64,000 nucleotides of DNA from a virus. This document shows, piece by piece, positions 38,364-50,300 of this stretch. Location of the stretch: positions 1 to 64,000 of IMG/VR virus record IMGVR_UViG_3300020119_000126. One strand, written 5' to 3'. How positions within the stretch are numbered: the stretch's first letter is position 1; every line of letters starts with the position of its first letter. The notes below the pieces were generated by a model. The model made no database searches, was not told the DNA's origin, and was given only the letters and a program-made list of their open reading frames with translations. Both the position numbers and the translations under genes were made by a program.

Positions 38364-41300
38364 TACTGGCTCCATGTCTTGTCATACATATTGCTGATTG
38401 TGCTGATGGCCTTGCCCGGCTTGCTGTCTGGCACCATGATGATGGCATTAGCCCCCTCAGAATGAATAACCTTGAGCAAGTCACGAATTTCTTTGAGCAA
38501 TTCAGTCTGCTCAGGTGACATCACCACAGGCGCACCTGCCTGGGGAATGACATATTCGCCCTTATGGACTGTACCTGCGGCCTGGTATTTACTGCCTGAC
38601 CCGGTATAGCCACCCTCAGCAAAACCATGATAGCTTGTCGTCCCATCAGGATGGCTAACTGCGGTGATGCCCATCGGCTGCTGAGTAATGGTTGGGCTAT
38701 TATAAGTTGACTGCACATGCCACTGACCATCAGCCCCAGCCACAAGAGCACCACCACTAGGAACAACGGTTGCTCCACCTGTGCCAGCATAGCTACCACT
38801 ACCAGAAGGCATAGGGGCTGAAGCTAATTGTTGAAGTTTGGCTGCCACATTGCCAAGAGTCGTTATTGCCCCTTGTCCAGTCGTTGAGACATACTGAAGG
38901 GCAGCCGCATTCTGGCTATAAAGCGTATTGGCCGCTGTGATTGATCCGGCCAGATCATCGATAGCTCGTTTTTCAGCCTGATGGAAGGTCAGGCTTTGCT
39001 GAGCTTGAGTCAGTTCTTCCTGAGTAATCTGGCGGTTGAAACGGCGCTTCTCATCATCAAGCTGGCGTTCTTCATGGGCAAACTCGATTTGCTTCTGGTA
39101 GTTCTGCTGCGCCAGTTGGAAGTTCTGGACCTGGAACTGCTTGTCCTGTTGGAAATGCTGCTCATCACGCTTATATTGCTCGTCACCCCACTTAATCCTG
39201 GTCTTGGCCCGTTCTTCCTCGGTATCCAGATGGCCCATTTGCATGGAGTGTTGAACCACAGCCTCATCACGATGCCGCATTGCCACCCGGCGTTCACGAC
39301 CTCGCGAATAGCGCACGCTTTCATCAGCATCAATCATCGAGAAGCCAAAATTGACCTCGCTGACATTGCGCTGGAAAGCCATGTCTTGCAGGCCCCATTG
39401 CTGCTCAGACACCTGATGACTACGCTGAATCTGCATACTCTGCTGCTGGTAGTTCAGGTTATAGTTCATCTGCTGGCCTTGCAGCGCCATCTGCTGACCC
39501 TGGTACTGGAAGCCCCAGTCCTGCTGAGCACGCTGCTGAGCTACGCCACGATCCTCAAAGCCCCAGTTGGCCTGAGTCGAGCGTACCTGCCGATTAAGGT
39601 CAACCTGAGCCAGATTGAAGTCATATTCCCTGACCTTATATTGCTCGGCATTCATAGCCGTGGTCAGTTGGACCTGGTTCATGCTGCTCAGTTGGCTGCC
39701 ACTATAGAGGCTGTTGCCTGTGACCATACGCTGACTTGAAGCGATACCAGCCCGCTGTGAAGCAATGTCACCAGTAATCCGCTCGTCATAACCCGCCTGC
39801 ATCCCCAGTGAACCACCACGAGAGCCAGTCTGGACCAGGCGACGATTATTACCGACCATGCCACGGTCAGCCGCAATGGAGTTAGCGATAGGATCACCAC
39901 CTACTACAGCCATACCGAAGGCAAAGTCCTGACCACTGGCATTAGCAGCGAAGGAGTCGAAGGCTTGCATGGTGGCTGGATTAGCATTGCCATAGCGGGT
40001 ATAACCAGCGTAAGTGTTGAAAGCGCCCTGTGCCTGGCGACCAATCCGATTAGCCAGTGCGTAGTCGCCCGATAATTCGGCACGCCGAACTCCCTGGAAG
40101 GCGGCTGAAGACTGGTCATTGAAGCCCAGGCCAGCATTAGCCATACCGCCGAACATCTGTGCCCCTTGCAAGATGCCCTGTTGCTGCTCGGTGTTCAGAC
40201 CCATGAAGGTCTGTTCATTCGTTGAGGTCAGACCAGTCTGCCGGGCAAAGGCGTTATAGCTGCCTGCATAGGCAGTGGCTACTGTCAGGTTCTTGCCTGC
40301 GGTGCCTGTCATCCCATTCATCTGATTAATGGCATTGACCCGGTATTGGTACATTGCCGCATCATCTGAGGTACCCTTACCTGCCATCTGTGCCCTGGCC
40401 TGTGCTAACGCTTCAGGGTCAAGGCCGCGCATCTGCAAGGTGGCATAGCTCAAACCGATGTGATTGATGTCACCAGAGGATTGAGTCTGGTCAAAGGCAT
40501 TGATATTATTGAGGTAGTTCCAACCTTGCTGCATATTCCCAGTGCTCATCTCGCCTGCATTCAGGACGTAGGAAGCACCCATATTGCCAGCCGATGTGGT
40601 GTCCATACCTCGACCCAGTTGAAGCTGGTTAGTCATACCAGCCTTCATGCCTGTTCGACCTAGTAAGCGCTGGAATTGAGCCGGGTCAGAGGTTCTGACA
40701 CTGTTCAGGATATTGCCCCACAGGTCGCCCTTGGTAGAGTCGTTAAACTGTGACTGGTAGTCAATACCATACTGCGCCCAGGCACCAGACTGCTGGATAC
40801 CACCCAGGATGTCGCGCATCGAGCCGGGATTGGCAGTGAACTGGTTGAGCAGGTCAAGAGGATTAACTATCTGCTGGCCTGCGGCATATTGCTGCTGCTG
40901 AGTAGACTGCGCCTGGCCTGAGAAGAAACCCAGTTGTTGCTGCTGAGCGATAGATAGTCCTGTGACTGCTGTAGCGGCTGTCTGGTAAGCTTTAGAGCCA
41001 TAAGTGCTGGCTTGAGGACCGCCTTGAGCAAAAGCCACCCCACCCATGATGCCAGCCGCATCAAAGCCATACTGCTTACCTGCGGCAAACAGTTGGGCGA
41101 CATTGCCAAAGTTGGCATAATCATTGCCTGCGGCTCCCCCACGCGCTCCACGACCACGCAGTCTGTCTTCAGGAATGCCACCAAAGATAGCTTCAGCCTG
41201 TACCGTGCCAGCAAACTGAGCAGTGGCATCATATTGGCCGAGCAGTTCGCCGTGCTCTGAGATGTAGCCCTGCGTAATACGCTGCATCATCTCTGACCCG

Positions 41301-44300
41301 TACTTCGGTTTCCCATCAGGACCAATAGTGTAGAGGCCAGCATTCAGCGAACTACTCTGCATCCAGTTGCTTGCCAGACCAGTCTGACCACGTGAAGCAG
41401 ATTGAGCAGCAAAGATAGCCGCATAGTCAGCCTGTTTTTGGTTAGGGTCAGCTAAGCCAGCCAGAACAGTGCCCACATTCTCAATGGGATGTGACCAGGC
41501 ATCTGAACCAAGCAAATCCATCCGGGTGCTACGGTCTGTAGCTGCCGTATGGATCATGCCTGCCACACCCAGGGCAGCCGCCGTACCACCAGCCACTAAA
41601 CCAGCCGTAGGGCTTTTTGTGGCAAAACCCACACCCATGCCAGCAGCAAGAGCAGGGCCACCAATGGAAGCCAGTTCACCCAGGAAGCCGCCTGTGCCCA
41701 CTTGAGCTAGACTGCCAACCAATGGCTGCCAGGTACCTTCGAACATCTTGCCGATAGATAGCTGCTGAGCTAACTGCGCATTGGAGATTTGAGTCCGAGC
41801 ATCCTGGCGAGAGGTCGGCTGGTAGAGACTGCCCATACCAGCGGCTTGCAACTGCTGTATCTGACTAGTGTCAGTTTTGCCATAAAGTTCAGCCGCTTGC
41901 TGCAAGGGACCAACGGTCTCCTGCGCGATGTTGCGGAACATACGGTAGCCCATGACTGAACTATTGAGGGTACTAAGGGCGGAACCACCCACTTCCCAGG
42001 CCAGGCGACCAAGACTGCCGTCCTGACCATACCAACCATTTGCCCGCGCCTCTTTACGAGCGTTATAGCCTGACCTACCGCCAGCCATGAAGGGTGCCAG
42101 CTTCTCGCGGAAGTCAGGCTCCACATCCATATCGCCAAGGCCCTCGTACTTCTGCGCAAGCATCCGGTTATACAGACCACCACCACGGGCACCTGTGGCA
42201 TCAGCACGGCCAAAAAGTCGGTCTTCAGTTCGAGCAAGACCACCAATAGCTTCGCCGTTCTGCCAGACATTAGCATGACGGTCAAGAACGGCTTGGGCCA
42301 TCGCCCCACCTGCGCCGCCTTGCTTGACCATGTCTTCAGCATCGCGCAAAGTAGAGGTCAAGCTGGCATACATCTTGGCCGAGACATCGACGGACTTCAT
42401 CTGTTCTTCAGTCAGGCGGCCTGTACTGGTTGAGGCTTTACCAGCCGCGTCACTCAGGCCCAGGAAGGACTTGGCAATATCAGTAAGGTTCTTGTTGACC
42501 CCATCCAACGAGCCAACCTGAGCTTGAAGTGTTGCCACAGACTGGTCAGTGCCAAACTTACGCATCCCAGCCCGGTCATTCTCTGGAGTCTTGGCAACCC
42601 CAGCTTGCTGCTGGTTCTGCATGAACTGCTGCAAGAGAGCAGGATTGCCAGTCGCCTGACCATTAATGTCTGACCCGAACATCTGCTGGTAAGCACCATA
42701 AGCATCACCTGCATTGACATTAAGGCCAGTAATTGCCGCCGCCATAGGATCGTTATTGCCACCAGCCTGAGAAGCCACCGCCAGCCCTGCGGATTTAAAG
42801 TAACCACGGAGAGAGTTGGCAATAGCCTTAAAGCGTTTACTCTGGTCAGTGCCAAGCTTGCCTTGACCCATGGCTGAGGTCAGAGTTGCTAGTTCAGCCT
42901 GTAGTGTGGCATGACCCCCTTGTGGCGCGAGAATGCCAGCAGCTTTTAGTGCAGCATCGCGCTGACTCTCAGTCACCATCTTAGGTGGCTTATCTGATTT
43001 CTGACCGCTAGTAATTACCCCTTCAGCACGAGCCTCAAGACTGCCACCCTGGAACATTGCGTCAAGGTTTTCGAAGGGTGTATTGATAGAGTCAGCCGGA
43101 ACCGTCTGGCCTGACCCATAGTCATAGGCAGTACCAGTCTTCTCGTTAATATCATACTGACTAGGGTCATGCTTCAGATAACCATAGTCATCGAGAATTT
43201 TCTCAGCCCAGCCATAGGTACGCTCACCTGTAGGGTCATCGGCTGACCCCCATTGTTCAGTTAGTGCGCCACGCTCCACAGCCAGGTTACGTGCTTCACG
43301 GTACAGATTTTTGTAAGCACCGAAGTCATTCTTCTTGGTCTCAGCCATCCATTGGCTGAAACGCGTGGAGCCGTCATAGCCATACTTTTGTTCAGCAACT
43401 TCCTGAGCAACACCCCAGGCAGCCCGGTGAGCAGTACGCCAGACCTGACCTGCCATACCCAGGCCCTTACCAACAGTCTTGATATATTTGCCTGTGCGCT
43501 TTAGTTCCCTAGCTTCCTCAAGACTTAATTGTGACTGACCCGCCAGAGTAGCTGCACGAGCAAACCGACTGCTCATTGCTCCCTGAACTGAGTTAGGGTC
43601 ATCAGTGTTAATATCGCCCATTGCCAGACCGCCCAAAGCAATAGTTGTTTTGTTCAACATACTACGACCAGGCAGGTCAGGCGCTAAGCGTGTCCAGAAG
43701 GCATTGGCCTTACTATTAGGGAAGCCCGGACCACTGGGTGGCATTGCCATCGCTCCACCAGCAACAGGCGGCATTGGAGGCACTGGTGGCATATTGCCAG
43801 CACCCGGAGGCATAGCCGCCGCCGAGGTCTGTTGACCCAGGATATTCGCCATCACGTCAGCCGTGGTGGTATTCGTGTCAAAGCCTTGCTGGAATGCAGC
43901 CCAGTCCATGTCCATATTGTTGCCTGCTTCTATTCCGAGTTCCGCTTGCATCGCCGCGATTGCTTCTGGCGAAGCATTGTTGGGCATATTGGAGAGCATA
44001 GGGATAGCGGGATGGTCAGGAGTTGAGCCATCCCACACTGTTGATTTACCGTCATGACTTGTCGTGTAGAACGAAGCCGGACCTTGCGCAGCCGCGAACT
44101 GTTCCACAATGGGCTTGAGTTCAGAAGCCGCTTGAGCCAGCACCAGTGGCTCTGCCGTTGTCGTTTCTTTTCTATTCTTGGTAGCTGCATAAGCAGCCTG
44201 CATCGCTGAGATAACCTTCTTGCGACGGTCAGGGTTCTTACCTACCCAGGCTTTGAACTTCCGGCCATCAGTGAAGTGCTCAGCGAACTCAGTCTCACTG

Positions 44301-47300
44301 ACCCCGGCTCCCTTGAGATGATTGGCAAAAGTCTCAAAGTCCAAGAAGGCAGTGGTCGCTGAGGAAGCTCCGGTGCCCGCCATATATGCATTCAACTGCC
44401 GGGTGTGCCTGACCTGGTCTTCAGGGTCAGACATATCACTGAAGGTCAGGTTCCAAACCGAGTTATTCTCCTGGTCATACCAGGCTGCCTGACCATTGAC
44501 CCACACCCCGCCAATATTCAAGCCACCAGTGAACTTCTCACCAGAAGGATCAAAGTAAAGGGACTGTTTCTTGGAGCGGGCAATGCCATTCATCGTGCCA
44601 GGCTTCAAGCCAAGCACCTGCGCGGCAATCTCATGACCAAAGCCTGATGGGTCAGACTGCCAGATAGGTGCGCCTGACTTAGATTTGCCCATCTTCTCTG
44701 ACTGGAAGGGCACACGCAGTACGGTACGACCTACGGCACGAGCCAGTGAGACACCGCCCATTTCACCAGCACCAAGTAGAGTCTCCATGGCTGCTTCCGC
44801 AGTCAGGGCATAAGCTGGCACATGGAAGCGGGCATAAGACTCCTCAGAGTAAGGAGCGCGAGGCATCATCTGACCCCGGTCTACATTCATTCGTCCCGGT
44901 TGAGTAGGTGGAGCACCCATCCCAGCATTGAAACTAGCTGAGAATTCAGCCCAGTCACCCGGATCAGGTGGCAGGTCAGCCGCCATAACCATAGGTTCCA
45001 CAGGAGCCTTAGTCTGCATTCCTGTTAATGCCGTGGCAAAGGCGGTTGGAAATGCCTGACCTTTTGACCATGGCTGCTCAAAGAAAGTTGTGGCTGCGGT
45101 CTTGATTTGATCTATTTGCCGAGCAAAGACTGCTGAAAGTTCTTGAGCACTCTCATAAAATAAATCGACATGTTCTTGAGACAGTTGGATAGGGTCAGTA
45201 ATTAGCTGAGTCGTCAAAGCCCAGGTCATGATGTCACTACGATGAGACAAGGCTCGCGACTCAATGCCCGACACAGCCATTTCAGCCGCAACACCAGCTA
45301 GAAGCCGCTTGGCCTGAGCCTTGCGGTCACTGGTCACGGTAACAATAGCCGCACCTTTACGACTTAGCTCAGCATCACGCTCAGAACCAATGCTAATGCC
45401 CTCTAGACTGCCTGGGGTCAGGAATTCGGCTACTAGAGCATGACCTATCTCATGAACGCCTGTGCTTAGTGCGCCAAGGATTGGATGCTCTGGACGAACT
45501 GGAAGCAATTCATGAAGCTTGTCTCGGAAGTCGAGATTTTTATATGATTCTTCGATTTGCTCCCGATAGCGCTGGCGAGTGGCATCACTCAAGCGGTTGG
45601 GGTTAAGCGCCGCCGCTCTAATATTAGAGAAGTCAATTACATCTACTGGCGCAGTCGGTTCGGCAACATTCGGCATGCCGAAATCTTGCGGAGCCTTGCC
45701 AAAGTCCCAGGCTACACCCTTTGAGGTTGGTTTGCCTACCTTATTACGTAGGTCAACTGCCCGCTGAGCATATTTTGCCAATGGATCATCAAAGGTTGAC
45801 CCCTTGAGATGGACCAGTTGGGCAGCCCGCTGAATGGCTTCATTGCCTGCTTCACCAGTCGGGAAGAACTCCTTATTGTGGTAAAGTGCGTCCATCAGGT
45901 CAGTGGCAGACATCTCACCTGACCCATAGAGTCCACCAGTGCCAACGGCCAGTTCTAGCCGAGCCGCTTGAGCAGCAATCTCCCGGTAGCGGTCAGCCCG
46001 TTGTTGAGAACCAAAGCGCTCCTTGGTGAAGAAGGTCGCCACATCATAGGGTAGATACTCGCGTTGTTTCTCCTTGGTAGTGAAGTTCTGGCCGACTTCC
46101 TTAGTAATCTGGTTGAGGACCATCTTGCCTGTGAAGTACGAGGCAAAGGAATTACCCAGGGCAACCCCTGACCCTAGTAACTGGCTGATCTTGCCAGAGG
46201 CTGAGCTATCACCATTACGGAAATCTTCCACATGGCGAGTAACTTCAATTAAGGTCTTCTCATAACTATTTTGGTCAACCGGAACCATGAGCCGCGCAAT
46301 GTCCTGCGCTGTCATGTTCTCCTTTTTATTGACCAGGAAAGCTTGAATAAGTTTATTGGAGACACTACGGTCACTACTCAGGTTGGTATAGTCAACCTTA
46401 CCCTTCAGATCAGGAAAGAAAGTGCCAAGACTCTCATTAGACAGCTTGAGTAGTTCCGCACCAGCCGGGTCAAGTGGTTTGGTGTCGAGCACCGTCTGAT
46501 ACTGGTAGGCACGAAAGTTCTCAGAGGCAGTTAGCGCCGCTTCATTATTGCCAAGGGTCTTATACCAGGCCCTCATGCCAAAGGTCATATTGAATATCTG
46601 ACCCATCGCAGCTTTGGCTGTGGCAGTATCCTGCGTACCCTGACCAAGCACATTGATTGCGGCTGTGGCTGAGTTCTGCTTATTGGCAATGGTATTGGCG
46701 ATACCAGAGATGGTCAGGCCGCCATAGTCCGTGTTCTGAATTTCAAGCCAGGTTCCGGCCTGACCCGCTGGATGATTAGGATCAAGAGAGGCAGCCAAAA
46801 TTTCGGCATGAGGCGTAGGCCGCTGGATACTGACCAGCTTGCCATCACGCAGCGTAACCATAGCTGGACCAATGGTTGTGGTATCTTTGTCGAAGTCACC
46901 GCCCTGCTTGAACTGGTCAAGAGGTGAAATCATCAACTGGTCTTCGTTGAATTCCATGTCGCTCAGACCAAGCCGACGACTTAAGCCCTCACTCATAATT
47001 GAGGTATAGCTGGCCTGCTTCAAGGTCATATGAGGTGACCTGAAGATAGGCGCAACGGGCAGAATGCCTGCATCCAAAGCACCGACCAGACCTACCTGAT
47101 GCACTGCCCCCAGGAACTCATGTTCCTTGGCTTTGATAAGGTTAGTAAGGTCTTGCTCAGACAGGTCATGACCAAGTTCTTTCAGGTTGGCCTTGATGTA
47201 CTCCCGGTAGCGATGACTGCTCATTCCAGCCAGGCCAGCCGTCATCATCGGGTCACCACCCACTGGCAAATGGGCTGCCGCATCACCACGACGACCAATG

Positions 47301-50300
47301 ACTGAGTCGCGAGTTGCCTCTCGACTAGCCAGCTTGGAGACTGCCTCAACTGCACCACGAGCTATCTTGTTATAGTCAAGACCACCACTCAAGCCGCGCT
47401 TGCGAGAGCGCAAGGCCATGAGTACACTTTCGTTCAGTGCCCCAATAATTGAGGTCGCTTCACCGCTGGCCCGGTCATCATCCGTATCCCTGACCATGCC
47501 CATAATGGACTCAGGGGTAGGCATGAAGAAACCACGTCGCTGGCCTTCCAGAGTAGTTGAGATAACTGAGAACTTGTTCGAGCCACCAAGAATGTGTTCC
47601 TGGTAAGCCTGAAGCTGAAGCTCAAGCTTATTGGTCGCACCAGAAGCCTTGATTTCCTCAAAGCGATTGCCAAAAGCTTCCAGTGAGGAATAAGGCGCAT
47701 TACCAGGTACGACATACTGGTCAGCACCCATACCTTCCACGCCAGCGCCTTCATTGATAGCTGCTGCATAGAGCACATCAGCCTTGCGCTGAGCACCAGC
47801 CGCACCAAAGCGACTCAAGCGGTCATGCACCGCAGGGTTATCTGCCACAGAACGGGTCAGAGCCAATAAGTCCTGAGTGTTAACCGTACCACCCTGACCT
47901 GCAATCTTGGCTTCAGGCCGAGTCAGCAAAGGTAGCCGAGTTACGGCTTGCCGAATTGTTATCTGTGCCTGGTTGTTCTGACCATACTCGACGTTCTGCA
48001 CCAACCCTGATGGCAACAATGAGCCAAAGTAATTCTGCTGCATGGCCTGATGCTGCTTATTCAGCATCTCACCTGGCGCAAAGAGCGGTAGCATGTCCTG
48101 GCTGACCGTGCGAGTGTGAAGTTCTACACGAGTACGATTGGCAATAAGGTCTTCGAAAGCCCCACGGAAGACTTCACGGTTTCTGCCAGACCACTGGACT
48201 GACCCTTCGTAATCCTGCATGAGACTGCGGTCCCAGGCAGGACGGGACAGCATTTGACTGACCTCAGCATTGCTTAATTGCTCATTGCCACGCAGATACT
48301 TCTCGCGTATGCCCTTGTCAAACTGAGCATACATCAGGGTCATGTATTCTTCAGGCCGCGAGGTCGCTAGAGCATTAAGCGCACTAAAGGCAAAAGCTTG
48401 CGGGTCATTGATCTTGTTATAGACCAGGTCAGCGTTATATTGCTCTCGTGCTGAGCGATTCCAGGTGGCAAACGCCTTGGTGCCAGACATGTCCGTGTCG
48501 AAAGGCGCACCACGCTCGACATACCCTACCTGGCTATTGAGAGTGTCAATGCGATTGATATAAGCTTCGTCAAAGCCTCGACCAAGGGTAATCTCCTTGG
48601 GTGTACCCGGATTGAGTGTGGTGTCACGACCTGTGCGCAGCCAGTTGCCAGCCATCTTATTAAGCTGGTCAAGGGTTTCGCCCTCAATCCCCGCATAGAG
48701 GTCCAGACTGGCTCGACGTTGCACACCAAGGCGAGGGTCAACGACCACACCACCATCGGTGTCCAGAGAGCCATAATGGATAACAGCCGCATCCATCAAG
48801 TAACCTGTCAGACCCTGGTTACCATAAGATGTGGTAATGCGTGTACTGCTAGTGAGCGGCAGTTCCTGACCCGTCTGGCGGTCATAGAACTCAGCCATGG
48901 GACGACCACCAAGCTGCTGTGACTTGAGACCCTTGGCCGGATCAGACTTCTTGGTCAGGTCAGACTTGATACCCTTGATGTCATACATGGTCATGGGCTG
49001 ACCAAACTCATTCAGTTCAATGGTGCCACCAGGAGCATCGAAGACTGACTTGATGGTCTGCATGTCGGAATTGCGGGTATAGCCAATGTTCCCGGCAATA
49101 GTCCGAGGTGAGGCTACGGCTGAATAGCGTTCATTGGTGTCAGGATTGCGGGCATAGAGCCACTTGCGGGCATAGTCTGGTACCTGATAACGCGGGTCTT
49201 CCTTGATCTGCTTCCGCACTTCATTGAGGTCAAGATAATTAGGCACACCCCCTGCCCCAAAGTTCACATCATGGGCAATGCGAGTATCGACGACATATTT
49301 ATTCTGTGTCGAAGCAGCAGCCGGAGGCAGGTACTCCTCAAAGTTAATGCGCGAGACCACATCATCAGAACTTCTCGACCTGTGAGAAGCATAGGTCATA
49401 CGCTGCTTCAGGTCATTGATAGGTTTCTTGGTGAAGGTATCGCGACCCTGCTCATCAACCTCAATCTGTGCCACATGGCCCGGCAAGCCACCACCCAACA
49501 GGATATTCTGCACTGAAGCCCGCTGGTAAGCCATGTTACCTGCTAGAGCGCCTTTGACCTCACGGAAAGAATTCGGGTCAGTGATATTGCCGCCTGCGTC
49601 CATCTCAGCCGTAGAGTAGCCAACCACCTGATTGCCACGAGCATCCAGAGTCATAACAGGCAGCATGGCATAGCCATTGGCATACAACTGCCGCCGCTCT
49701 TGCACCTGACCCTGGTCATCCATGTACTCACCAGTCTTGAGTACTGCCACATTCTGTGTCCAGCGCTGGTTGCCCTGAGCATCGAAGTAACTTACCGCCA
49801 CATGAGGCTGATTGCCTACGAAGGTAATGGCATCATCAATCTTGACCTGACCGACTCCTGGCCGTTTATTCAGGTTATTGATTAATGGTTCTAGCACTTC
49901 AGTGCGGGTTTTCTTCAGACGGTCAATCTGTTCCTGCTGCCAGCCGACAGTGCGGCGGGCATTCTCTAGACTATAGGGGCCATTGGCGTGCAGGTAAGAC
50001 AATTGACTACGTAGGGATACGTAGGCAGCCTGGCGTTCTGCTTCGGGCAGAGTGTCATTGTGCATTCGACTGAGGACAGGATTGACGACATCAGGGTGAA
50101 GATAGCCAGCTTGAATACCCTTCTTGACGGCAAGGGCAGTTTGGCTGGCTAGTTTACTGCGGATATGAGAACGGACACCGGGTTCAGGAATGATCGAAGG
50201 ATCACGTTTGATGTGCTCAAACGCTTCTTGTCCATACTGGTTAATAATACCAGAATGCGCGAGTTGCCTAGCTTGTTCGCCACTGACCCCGATACCCTCA

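Noticed and set aside
46802-46815. TTCGGCATG half-site (also near-misses at ~3916 and ~30224)
   Set aside because: Second arm missing or wrongly spaced; not counted
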